Assembly: GCA_913775975.1 (NCBI GenBank)
Contig: CAJYLQ010000048.1
Coordinates: 1,292 to 65,291, forward strand
Length of the DNA: 64,000 nt
Source of the DNA: an uncultured Sphingomonas sp.
GTDB lineage: Bacteria > Pseudomonadota > Alphaproteobacteria > Sphingomonadales > Sphingomonadaceae
Reading direction: 5' to 3'
Shown: positions 39,849-48,665 of the stretch, in pieces
How positions within the stretch are numbered: the stretch's first letter is position 1
Layout: each line of letters starts with the position of its first letter
Made by a program: the position numbers and the translations under genes
Notes under the pieces: generated by a model
Told to the model about the DNA's origin: nothing
The model's input: only the letters and a program-made list of their open reading frames with translations
The model's database searches: none

Positions 39849-40916
39849 TTATCCGCATTGGCCGCGATGAAGCAACGCCTGGTCGGCGAGAACCAGCGCG
39901 ACCATCGCCTCCACCACCGGCACGCCGCGAATGCCGACACAAGGGTCGTGACGGCCCTTGGTGGCAATTTCGCTCGCCTCGCCGGTGCGGGTGATCGTCT
40001 CGACCGGCGTCAGGATCGAGCTGGTCGGCTTGAAGGCGGCACGGACGCGAATCGGCTGGCCGGTCGCGATCCCCCCGGCGATTCCCCCGGCATGATTGGC
40101 GAGGAAGCGGGGGCCGCCATTGCCCGGACGCATCGGATCGGCATTCGCCTCGCCCGACAGCGCGGCGGCCGCGAAGCCGTCGCCGATCTCCACGCCCTTC
40201 ACCGCGTTGATCGACATGATGCCCGACGCCAGCTCGCTGTCCAGCTTGGCATAGAGCGGTGCTCCCCAGCCGGCCGGAACGCCCGTCGCCTCGCACGCGA
40301 CGACCGCGCCGAGCGAGCTGCCCGCCTTGCGCGCGGCATCGACCAGCGCCTCCCACCGGACGGCGGCGGCGCGATCGGGGCAGAAGAAGGGGTTCTCGTC
40401 GATCGCGGCATCGTCGAACGCGGCCGGATCGATCGCGTCGCCGCCGATCGCCTCCACCCAGGCGCGGATGCGGACCTGCGGGATCACCGCGCGCGCCACC
40501 GCGCCCGCCGCGACGCGCGCCGCCGTTTCCCGCGCCGACGACCGCCCGCCGCCGCGATAGTCGCGGAAGCCGTATTTGGCGTCATAGGCATAGTCGGCAT
40601 GGCCCGGGCGATAGGCGAGCGCGACCTCCCCATAGTCCTTCGACCGCTGGTCGACATTCTCGATCATCAGGCTGATCGGCGTGCCGGTCGTCCGCCCCTC
40701 GAACACGCCGGACAGGATGCGCACCTGATCGGGTTCGCGCCGCTGCGTGGTGAAGCGGCTGGTGCCGGGGCGACGCTTGTCGAGCCAGGGCTGGATGTCG
40801 CCCTCCGCCAGCGTGATCCCCGGCGGGCACCCATCGACCACCGCGCCCAGCGCCGGGCCATGCGATTCGCCCCAGGTCGTGAACCGGAACAGTCGGCCGA
40901 AGGTGTTGAAACTCAT
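39849..40916 (-). CDS. aroC: Chorismate synthase
   Basis: [30 protein letters not shown]. Confidence 0.97.
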   Translation of the reverse strand: MSFNTFGRLFRFTTWGESHGPALGAVVDGCPPGITLAEGDIQPWLDKRRPGTSRFTTQRREPDQVRILSGVFEGRTTGTPISLMIENVDQRSKDYGEVALAYRPGHADYAYDAKYGFRDYRGGGRSSARETAARVAAGAVARAVIPQVRIRAWVEAIGGDAIDPAAFDDAAIDENPFFCPDRAAAVRWEALVDAARKAGSSLGAVVACEATGVPAGWGAPLYAKLDSELASGIMSINAVKGVEIGDGFAAAALSGEANADPMRPGNGGPRFLANHAGGIAGGIATGQPIRVRAAFKPTSSILTPVETITRTGEASEIATKGRHDPCVGIRGVPVVEAMVALVLADQALLHRGQCG

Positions 40917-40937
40917 GGATAAGACCTCCGCCACGCG

Positions 40938-40998
40938 CGCGAATGTTGAGACTGTTGAGACATGTGCGCCGCCGTCGCGGCCCCTCTCAACGTTCGCG
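40938..40998. repeat. Repeat family C copy with inverted arm
   Basis: CGCGAATGTTGAGACTGTTGAG (40938-40959) and TCTCAACGTTCGCG (40985-40998). Confidence 0.7.
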
Positions 40999-41109
40999 AG
41001 CAGGCGCGGAGGAGGAGGGCGAAGCGTCGCATGGGGGTGCCATGGCAGATTGCGGCGGTGTAGGACAGGGCGGCGGGATCGGCGCAGGCATCAGGGCAAG
41101 GGCTGGAAG

Positions 41110-41454
41110 ATGAAGGATTGGGCCGCCGTATCCGCAGTCGCGCTGTCCCTGCCCGGTGTGGAGGCCGGGCCATCCTATGGCCGGCCGGCGCTGAAGATGC
41201 GGGGCAAGACGATCGCGGCCGCCACGGCGCCCGATCCCGGCAGCTTCGTCCTGCATGTCAGCGAGGCGGACAAGGCGGTGTTGATCGCGACCGATCCCGA
41301 CACCTTCTGGGAGACCGACCATTATCGCGGCTGGCCGGCCGTACTGGTCCGCTACGGGACGGATGCGGGCGCACGCATCGCCGTGCTGCTGGCGCGGGCG
41401 TGGTGGGACCGCGCGACCGTCCGCCAGCGACGCGAATATAGTGCGCGGCCCTGA
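41110..41454 (+). CDS. MmcQ/YjbR family protein
   Basis: ALSLPG..SYGRPALK, FWETDHYRGWPAVLVR, ARAW. Confidence 0.85.
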   Translation: MKDWAAVSAVALSLPGVEAGPSYGRPALKMRGKTIAAATAPDPGSFVLHVSEADKAVLIATDPDTFWETDHYRGWPAVLVRYGTDAGARIAVLLARAWWDRATVRQRREYSARP

Positions 41455-41476
41455 ACGACAAAGCCACCGCCGGCGG

Positions 41477-43591
41477 TCAGGGCCGGCGGAGCGGCTCGAT
41501 ACAGGGCACGTCCGCCCCCGCCCAGTCGAAGTCGAAGGTGGCGGGCACCTGTTCGCCGGTGCCGATCCGGCCGTTCTTCTCGCCGGGGACGAAGTTGATC
41601 CAGCCCATGCTGTTGTCGAACGTGGCGATACGCGCGTTGTCGCGCTGCGCGGTCATGGCGTCGATCTCAGGCTCCTCGACGCGGGAGGCGCGGATCATGC
41701 GGATGCTGCCGTCGCGCAGCTGGAAGGCGCGGCGATAGTGACGCCCGAAATATTTGACGTCGAAGGCGGGCTTCGACGTCCATTGCGCCGCGCTGGTCGC
41801 GATGGGCAGGCGCACGGTGGTGACGTGGCAGCTATATTCCGGTTCGGAATAGAAGGGGATCGCCTGGTCCTGATCGCTGGCGCGGACGCGGCGGTCGGGC
41901 GGGCTGAAGCCGCCGCCGGGCAGCGCGAGCGAGCGGGCGCCGCCGCTGTCATCGTCCCAGCGCATCGTGCCGGTGCCGGTGATCGTCAGGATGCTGGCCC
42001 CCGCCGCCTCGTCATAGCGCCAGCGAACGTCGTCGATCGCCTGCCACGTCTCGCCCACCGCCTGCTGGCGGAACCCGCTGAGCAGCTGGGCGGGCGACAG
42101 GGCGCTGAACTGGGCCTGCTGTTGCAGCCCCTTGATCCCGCGGACAATACTGGTCGAGGTAATCCGGGCGGGCGTGTCGAAGCCCTGCCGCGCGTCGAGT
42201 TCGAACAACGTCAGCTCGTCGGGCATCCGTGGCGGCTGCCAGCCGCGATGCTGGAGCGGCGTGCCGGCGGCGGTCAGCGGCAGGAACCAGGAGATCGCAT
42301 AGACGGGCTGTTCGCGCGGCGGCGCAACGGGCGGCAGCGTGCCGTCCAGCCAATAGCTCTTGCCGCCGATCTGCGCGCGGACCAGCACGTGATCGAACAG
42401 CTGCGGCAGCGGCAGTCGCGCGTCCAGACCGTCATCCGCGCCGGCGCTGTTGACGAGCACCGGCTCCGCCGCGATGCCCAGTTCGGTGAGCAGGGCGAGC
42501 AGCAGCGCGGTCTTCCCCTTGCAGTCGCCATAGCGGCGCTGCCACGTCTCCTCCGCCGAGGCGGGGACCAGATTGCCGCCGTTCAGCCCGACATAGATGT
42601 AGCGGACATTCTGTTGCACCAGCTTAAGCGCCGCCGCCGCGCGCGCTAGCGGATCGGCATGGGCCGCCGCGATCCGTGCCGCCTCCTGCCGGATCGGCGA
42701 GCCGGCGGGAAGGGTGGCGGCCCGCTGGTAGAGGGGCGCGAAGTGACGCGACACCGCCGCCCAGTCGGCAAAGTCGCTATACTGGACGATGCGCTGCCAG
42801 CCGTAGCGGGGCGGTGCGTCCTTTGGTGGGGTCAGCGTGGCGGGATTGTCGAACCGCAGGTCGATGCCATGGGCAGTGCGCGTCGCCACCGCCTCGATAT
42901 CCTTCGCCAGCTTCGTCGTGATGGGGCCGCGATCGCCATAGTCGATCGCCAGCCGATAGCGGCCCATCGCCGGATTGGGCGCGAGCATCAGCATGCCCGC
43001 ATTGTGGCCACCCATGGTGGGATCGCTGTCGGGCAGCGTCATCTCCACCTCCAGCTCGTCACCGACGCGCAGGTCGGGAACGCGCAGCACCGCCGTCAGC
43101 ATCCCGGTCAGCCGGGCGGCCTCCAGCTGGTCCTCGCGGCGAAGTATCTCGAAGCTGGCGGATTTCAGCACGTCGATCATCGCGCCGTCGCGATAGACGC
43201 GGATGGTGTGGACGGTCGGCGTGCCCGACGACGGATTCCATGTCAGCGCGATGTTGCCGAGCTCCAGCGCCGCGGTTTGCAGGATCCGCATCCGGTAGCC
43301 GATATATTGCGACTGCCCGCGCGGATCGAGGTGGACGACGACATCCTGCCGCCGGACGAAGACCGCGCCGCCGGCGTCGGCCGGGACAGCCATCGGCTCC
43401 GACGGTTTGGCCCAGCCGGGCACCGGCCCGCGTTGCACCTGCTGCGACGCGGCGGGAGTATCCGCCGCCGCTCTCGTCGTCACGGCTGCGGCCGGCGCCG
43501 GTGCGGCCGTCGCCAGCACCAGCGGCATCACCACGGATGAAAGTCCCACTCTTGTCCCCCGAACACGTCCCCGGCGCGCATAGTGGCACAT
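41477..43591 (-). CDS. DUF3857 + transglutaminase-like domain protein
   Basis: VPDLRVGD, VRYI, RYGDCKGK catalytic Cys, FDHV, WLDGT; start uncertain. Confidence 0.85.
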   Translation of the reverse strand: MCHYARRGRVRGTRVGLSSVVMPLVLATAAPAPAAAVTTRAAADTPAASQQVQRGPVPGWAKPSEPMAVPADAGGAVFVRRQDVVVHLDPRGQSQYIGYRMRILQTAALELGNIALTWNPSSGTPTVHTIRVYRDGAMIDVLKSASFEILRREDQLEAARLTGMLTAVLRVPDLRVGDELEVEMTLPDSDPTMGGHNAGMLMLAPNPAMGRYRLAIDYGDRGPITTKLAKDIEAVATRTAHGIDLRFDNPATLTPPKDAPPRYGWQRIVQYSDFADWAAVSRHFAPLYQRAATLPAGSPIRQEAARIAAAHADPLARAAAALKLVQQNVRYIYVGLNGGNLVPASAEETWQRRYGDCKGKTALLLALLTELGIAAEPVLVNSAGADDGLDARLPLPQLFDHVLVRAQIGGKSYWLDGTLPPVAPPREQPVYAISWFLPLTAAGTPLQHRGWQPPRMPDELTLFELDARQGFDTPARITSTSIVRGIKGLQQQAQFSALSPAQLLSGFRQQAVGETWQAIDDVRWRYDEAAGASILTITGTGTMRWDDDSGGARSLALPGGGFSPPDRRVRASDQDQAIPFYSEPEYSCHVTTVRLPIATSAAQWTSKPAFDVKYFGRHYRRAFQLRDGSIRMIRASRVEEPEIDAMTAQRDNARIATFDNSMGWINFVPGEKNGRIGTGEQVPATFDFDWAGADVPCIEPLRRP

Positions 43592-43645
43592 GGCCGGCCG
43601 GTTGCAAGCGCGGCGGCGGCGGGGGGGGGGGCGGCCCGGCGCGGG

Positions 43646-44173
43646 TCAGTCGTTTGCGAGCGCCGCAAAGGCCGCCGCATGACGCGCCTCTCCGCGCACG
43701 CCGCAGGGGATCAGGCCGCCCTGCAGCGGCAGCGCCATCAGATATTCGCCCGCATAGGGGCTGTCGAAGCCGCACGCGACATCGGCGGCGAAGCCGAAGC
43801 GGGTGTAATAGTCCGGCTCGCCCAGCACGAAGCACAGGACGATGCCGGCGGCCTCCAGCCGTTCGAGCCCGGCCTGCACCAGCGCCTCCGCCACGCCCTG
43901 ACGGCGATGCGCGGGGGCGACGGCGATCGGCGCGAGCGCGACGGCGGGGATCGGCTTGCCGGCGATCTCCACGGCCATGCGGCTGAAGGCGACGGTGCCG
44001 ATGAGTTCGCCGTCCCGCTCCTCGTCGACGGCGGCGAGGACGAGGACCATGTCCCCCGCGATGCACAGGTTGCGGACCAGATCCGCCTCGTCCCCGCGCG
44101 GGAAGGTGGTGCGCAGCAGCGCGTCGATCGCGGCGACATGGGTGGCACCGGCGGGGTGGATGGCGATGGTCAT
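43646..44173 (-). CDS. GNAT N-acetyltransferase (YhbS-like)
   Basis: LAPIAV..HRRQGVA, VLGEPDYYTRFGF. Confidence 0.9.
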   Translation of the reverse strand: MTIAIHPAGATHVAAIDALLRTTFPRGDEADLVRNLCIAGDMVLVLAAVDEERDGELIGTVAFSRMAVEIAGKPIPAVALAPIAVAPAHRRQGVAEALVQAGLERLEAAGIVLCFVLGEPDYYTRFGFAADVACGFDSPYAGEYLMALPLQGGLIPCGVRGEARHAAAFAALAND

Positions 44174-44427
44174 GCCATCAGCCGGCGTAGCAGCACGCTG
44201 GAGGCCATGGCCAGCGCCATGCCGACCGCGATCGCCAACCAGTAATGGTGAAGGTCGTGGCCCAGCGCGGCGGCGGTGGATATGGTGCTGGTCATCGTCA
44301 CGAATTCCACGATCTCGCGATTGCTGCGCGGGCGCCCGACCCCGAAGGCGCGCACGCCCAGCAGGAGTGCGCAGACGATCCCGAACGCCACCGGGATCAT
44401 CGCCGCCGACAAGACCTCCGCCATCAT
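44170..44427 (-). CDS. Small membrane protein
   Basis: Three hydrophobic segments; stop overlaps GNAT start. Confidence 0.55.
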   Translation of the reverse strand: MMAEVLSAAMIPVAFGIVCALLLGVRAFGVGRPRSNREIVEFVTMTSTISTAAALGHDLHHYWLAIAVGMALAMASSVLLRRLMA

Positions 44428-44441
44428 GCTCGTGCGCCTGG

Positions 44442-45245
44442 TTACGCCAGCGCGATGTCCGGCGCGTCCTCCGCCTTCATACCGATGACGTTGTAGCCGG
44501 CGTCGACATGGTGGATCTCCCCGGTCACGCCCGACGACAGGTCGGACAGGAGGTACAGGCCCGCGCCGCCGACATCCTCGATCGTCACGGTGCGACGCAT
44601 CGGCGCGTTCAGCTCGTTCCACTTCAGGATGTAGTTGAAGTCGCCGATGCCGCGCGCCGCCAGCGTCTGGATCGGGCCGGCGGAGATGGCGTTGACGCGG
44701 ATCTTCTCGGGCCCGAGGTCGACGGCGAGATACTTCACGCTCGTCTCCAGCGCGGCCTTGGCGACGCCCATGACGTTATAGTGCGGGATGACCTTTTCCG
44801 CGCCATAGTATGTCAGCGTCAGGATCGCGCCGCCATCGGGCATCATCTCCCGCGCGCGCTTCGCCACCGCGACCAGCGAATAGGCGGAGATGTTCATCGT
44901 CATCAGGAAATTGTCGAGCGTCGTGTCGTAATAACGGCCGCGCAGCTGCGACTTGTCGGAAAAGCCGATCGCGTGGACGACGAAGTCGATCGTCGGCCAT
45001 TCCGCCTTCAGCGCGTCGAACGTCGCGTCCAGCGCCGCCATGTCGCCCACGTCGCAGTCGAACAGGCGGGCGACGCCCAGCTGCTCCGCGAGCGGGCGCA
45101 CGCGCTTTTCCATCGCCGCGCCCTGGTAGGAGAAGGCGAGTTCGGCCCCCGCCTCGCTCAACTGCTTCGCGATGCCCCAGGCCAGCGACTTGTCGTTGGC
45201 GAGGCCCATGATGAGCCCGCGCTTTCCCGCCATCAATCCGTTCAC
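44442..45245 (-). CDS. fabI: Enoyl-ACP reductase
   Basis: GLANDKSLAWG, YNVMGVAKAALE, SAGPI. Confidence 0.96.
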   Translation of the reverse strand: MNGLMAGKRGLIMGLANDKSLAWGIAKQLSEAGAELAFSYQGAAMEKRVRPLAEQLGVARLFDCDVGDMAALDATFDALKAEWPTIDFVVHAIGFSDKSQLRGRYYDTTLDNFLMTMNISAYSLVAVAKRAREMMPDGGAILTLTYYGAEKVIPHYNVMGVAKAALETSVKYLAVDLGPEKIRVNAISAGPIQTLAARGIGDFNYILKWNELNAPMRRTVTIEDVGGAGLYLLSDLSSGVTGEIHHVDAGYNVIGMKAEDAPDIALA

Positions 45246-45266
45246 GCTGACCTGACCCTTGCTCTT

Positions 45267-46226
45267 CTATGCCGTTGCGGCGTCTCCGCCGTTTAGCGTC
45301 GTCTCGGGCGGTTCCGCCAGTGCGGCGTTGAGATGCGCACCGAAAACCACGCCAAGCCCGATCAGATAGAAGAAGAGCAGCATCACGACAACGCCCGCAA
45401 GGCTACCATAGGTCATATCGTATCCGCCCAGCAGCGACAGCGCCCAGGGCAGGCCCGCCGTCATGCTGACCCACCAGACGGTCGTGAACAGCGCGCCCGG
45501 CCATTTGCGGCAGTCGCTGTTGCGATATTTGGATGGCGTGACGGAGAAGAACAGCATGTACAGCGCGCCGAACATGATCGCGCCGGGGACCAGCCGCGAC
45601 AGGCCGATCAGCCCCACCCACCCCTGCGCGAAGGGCAGCAGGCGATAGACGAACTGTTCGGCGGCGGTCAGCAGCCCCTGCGTGATGAACGACAGCAGCA
45701 CGACGATCACCGACAGGATGATGATCCCCGACGACGACAGGCGCGATTTCCAGAACGGCGCGGTCGCCTTCACCCCATAGGCGCGGTGGAAGATGTCGCG
45801 GATCGTCTCCACGAAGCCGCCGACCGTCCACAGACCGACCAGGCCGCCCAGCCACAGCACCATGCCGTTGCCGCGCGCGGTCAGCACGTCGGCGATCGGC
45901 TTGTCCAGCAGCGTCGCGACGTCGGGCGGCAGGACGTGCAGGAAGCTTTCGACCGTCCGCACCGTCTCCGCGCTCTGCCCCAGAAGCGACAGCACCGCGG
46001 CGGCGGTGATGAAGAAGGGAAACAGCGTCATCAGCGACAGGTAGGCGAGGTTTCCCGCATGGGTGAACCCGTCGTTGAAGACGCCGAGCGATGCCCGTTT
46101 CACGACCTCGAACGCGTAGCTGCCGGGCTTAACCTTGGCGAGCTGGCGGTCGAAGCGGGCCCGGGCGGCGTTATGCGCGCGCGCCTCCGGCGTCAGCGAA
46201 TCGGCGAAGAGATCGGTTGTGGCCAC
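45267..46226 (-). CDS. YihY/BrkB family membrane protein
   Basis: AGNLAYLSLMTLFP, YGSLAGV, GAHLNA. Confidence 0.9.
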   Translation of the reverse strand: MATTDLFADSLTPEARAHNAARARFDRQLAKVKPGSYAFEVVKRASLGVFNDGFTHAGNLAYLSLMTLFPFFITAAAVLSLLGQSAETVRTVESFLHVLPPDVATLLDKPIADVLTARGNGMVLWLGGLVGLWTVGGFVETIRDIFHRAYGVKATAPFWKSRLSSSGIIILSVIVVLLSFITQGLLTAAEQFVYRLLPFAQGWVGLIGLSRLVPGAIMFGALYMLFFSVTPSKYRNSDCRKWPGALFTTVWWVSMTAGLPWALSLLGGYDMTYGSLAGVVVMLLFFYLIGLGVVFGAHLNAALAEPPETTLNGGDAATA

Positions 46227-46231
46227 CCCCC

Positions 46232-47191
46232 TCAGACGCCCATGGCCGCCCGCGGGTTCCCCGTCGTCGCCGCCGGCCAGCCCTCCACGAAGTCGCGCAG
46301 CGCGGCGTCGTCGGCGGGAATGTCGATCATCAGCGTGACCAGCTGGTCGCCGCGCCCGCCGCCCTTCCTGTTGAACCCCTTGCCCTTCAGCCGCAGCGTC
46401 TTGCCCGAACTGGTGCCGGCGGGGACGGTGAGCATCACCGGGTTTTCCACGGTCGGCACCTTCACCTTGCCGCCCAGCACCGCTTCCGCCAGCGTGATCG
46501 GCAGGTCGATGCGCACGTCGTCGCCGTCTCGCGTGAAGAAACGGTGCGGCTGCACATCGATCGTGACGATCGCATCGCCCGCGCCGCCGGGCCCCGGCTG
46601 GCCCTTGCCCGCGAGGCGCATCTGCGTGCCGCTGGCGACGCCGGCGGGCAGTTTCAGCTCGATCGACTTGCCATCGCCCAGCGTCACGCGCTGCGGCGCG
46701 AGCGTGGCGGCATCGGTGAAGGGGACGGAAAGCCGGTACTGGATGTCGCCGCCCTTGGGCTGCTGGCGCCCGCCAAAGCCGCCGAACCCGCCCGAAAAGC
46801 CGCCGCCGCGCCGGGCCCCGCCCGCGCCGCCGAACAACCCCTCGAAGATATCGCTCATGTCGCCGTCACCGCCGGCACCGAACTCGAACCCCTCCGACCG
46901 GAAGCCGCCGCCCGGGCCCGGTCGCGCGCGTCCGCCGCCCGCGCCGCCGAAGTTGAAGGGGGAGGTGGGATTGCCGTCGCCGTCGATCTCGCCCCGGTCG
47001 AAGCGGGCGCGCTTGTCCTTGTCGGACAGCAGGTCGTAGGCGTTGGTGACCTGGCTGAACTTTTCCGCCGCCTTCGGATTGTCCGTGTTGCGGTCGGGAT
47101 GCAGCTCCTTGGCGAGCTTGCGGTACGCCTTCTTGATGTCGGCCTCGGTCGCGGTGCGTGCGATCCCGAGGGTCTGGTACGGATCGGCCAT
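46232..47191 (-). CDS. DnaJ-class chaperone lacking Zn finger (CbpA-like)
   Basis: J domain HPD, G/F-rich linker, C-terminal domain. Confidence 0.92.
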   Translation of the reverse strand: MADPYQTLGIARTATEADIKKAYRKLAKELHPDRNTDNPKAAEKFSQVTNAYDLLSDKDKRARFDRGEIDGDGNPTSPFNFGGAGGGRARPGPGGGFRSEGFEFGAGGDGDMSDIFEGLFGGAGGARRGGGFSGGFGGFGGRQQPKGGDIQYRLSVPFTDAATLAPQRVTLGDGKSIELKLPAGVASGTQMRLAGKGQPGPGGAGDAIVTIDVQPHRFFTRDGDDVRIDLPITLAEAVLGGKVKVPTVENPVMLTVPAGTSSGKTLRLKGKGFNRKGGGRGDQLVTLMIDIPADDAALRDFVEGWPAATTGNPRAAMGV

Positions 47192-47244
47192 CGATTGCCC
47201 TTTGATAACTTTTGCCCATCATGTGGGGCAGCCGTTCCGCCAGC

Positions 47245-47270
47245 GCAACGCGCTTCGCCGCCCGTGCGTT
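47245..47270 (+). promoter_or_regulatory. EcfG-type promoter variant
   Basis: GCAAC-N17-CGTT upstream of small ORF 47292. Confidence 0.55.
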
Positions 47271-47291
47271 GAGGCGGGAAGGAGAAATGCG

Positions 47292-47531
47292 ATGAGCGAT
47301 ACCCAGCCGATGCAGGCCGATGGCGGCGGCAGCGACCGCGACGCGCCCGATGGCGTGGAGAATGCCCCGGCCAAGCACGGCGGCGGCGAGAGCGCTGGCG
47401 GTGCCTATCCCAATCCGCAGACGGGCAAGACGCCGGAAAATGACGGCTTCATGGGCCATGGCGGCCAGACCGAGATCGACTATTCCGGGTCGAAGGGCGG
47501 GAAGGCGAACGCGGCGACCGAGGGGGAGTGA
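47292..47531 (+). CDS. Small acidic Gly-rich hydrophilic protein
   Basis: SD AAGGAG; GGGESAGGAYPNP, FMGHGGQ. Confidence 0.75.
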   Translation: MSDTQPMQADGGGSDRDAPDGVENAPAKHGGGESAGGAYPNPQTGKTPENDGFMGHGGQTEIDYSGSKGGKANAATEGE

Positions 47532-47603
47532 GCGGAGGCGCCGTCTGTTACGTTCATAGGGGGATTGGTGGAGGCATCGCCACAGGCCGCATGCCCGCGG
47601 AAC

Positions 47604-47639
47604 CGCCCCACCCCCGGCCCCTGCCCTGAAGGGGAGGGG
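47604..47639. repeat. Half copy of repeat family A
   Basis: CGCCCCACCCCCGGCCCCTGCCCTGAAGGGGAGGGG matches the right arm of the other copies. Confidence 0.75.
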
Positions 47640-47664
47640 TGGGTCCACCTGACAGTGTCCAGCG

Positions 47665-48543
47665 CTAGAGGAGCGGCGCCACGTCGACGCTGACGTCCAT
47701 CGCCTGCGCGCCGGAGCCGAGGACGACGCCGTCGACCGGCGCGATCTCGCCGTAATCGCGGCCGACCGCCATCACGATATGGTCGCCCGCCATCCAGATG
47801 CCGTTGGTGGGATCGACGCCGACCCAGCCGAGCGCCGGCCCGCACCACAGCAGCACCCAGGCATGGGTCGCGTCCGCGCCGACGAGGCGGGGCTGCCCGG
47901 CTGGCGGGATGGTGCGGATATAGCCGCTGGCATAGGCGGCGGGCAGGCCGTGCGCGCGCAGGCCCGTCAGCATGATCTGCGCGAAATCCTGACACACGCC
48001 GCGCCGCTTGTGGAAGGCGTCGATCGGCGGCGTATCGACCAGTGTGGCGGTGCCGTCGAACGCGAAGTCGCGTTGGATGCGGCAGGCGAGCGCGATTGCG
48101 GCGTCGAGCGCGCCGCGACCGGGATCGAGATCGGCTGCGCACCAGTCGGCGATCTCGCGGTCCAGCGGGATCAGCGGCGAGGGGTAGAGATAGGCGGCTG
48201 GCCCGGTCGGCGACAGGTCGCTGCTGGCGCGCGCCATGGCGGCGATATCCGCCAGCGTCGGATCGGTCGCGGCTGGCATTGGTACGAGCCGGTCGACCTC
48301 CACCCGCGCGACGCTTTCGATCGACAGTTCGCGCACCGGCGTGTCGACGACCAGCCGGGTGACGTTCGCCAGCCCCGCCTCCGCCCGCGCGGGGCCGAGC
48401 CGGCCGACCGGATGGACGGCGAGGTCATAGCTGAGCAGCCGCTGGCCGGGCCAGTCGACCGGCTTCAGCCGGAGGTTGCAGCGCGCGAACTTGACCTGGC
48501 GGCCATAGTCGAAGCGGGTGACGTGGCGGATGTCGTAGATCAT
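47665..48543 (-). CDS. Transglutaminase-like protein (Bact_transglu_N + core)
   Basis: MIYDIRHVTRFDY, GVCQDFA, SGY, DATHAW, DPTN, GRDY. Confidence 0.92.
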   Translation of the reverse strand: MIYDIRHVTRFDYGRQVKFARCNLRLKPVDWPGQRLLSYDLAVHPVGRLGPARAEAGLANVTRLVVDTPVRELSIESVARVEVDRLVPMPAATDPTLADIAAMARASSDLSPTGPAAYLYPSPLIPLDREIADWCAADLDPGRGALDAAIALACRIQRDFAFDGTATLVDTPPIDAFHKRRGVCQDFAQIMLTGLRAHGLPAAYASGYIRTIPPAGQPRLVGADATHAWVLLWCGPALGWVGVDPTNGIWMAGDHIVMAVGRDYGEIAPVDGVVLGSGAQAMDVSVDVAPLL

Positions 48544-48665
48544 GGGATGTCAGGTTGCGCCCGGGCAGGGAAGGTGCAGCGCGTCAACGCCGACGGAGGG
48601 GTATCGGCCCACCGATAGCGGAACAGCCCCGCGCCACCCCCGGCGGGGGAGGGCCCCGGTCTGCC

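Noticed and set aside
43621-43631. G11 run upstream of the DUF3857 gene as a phase-variation tract
   Set aside because: It lies outside the apparent promoter spacer and coding region, and may be a sequencing artefact within a GGC-repeat tract.
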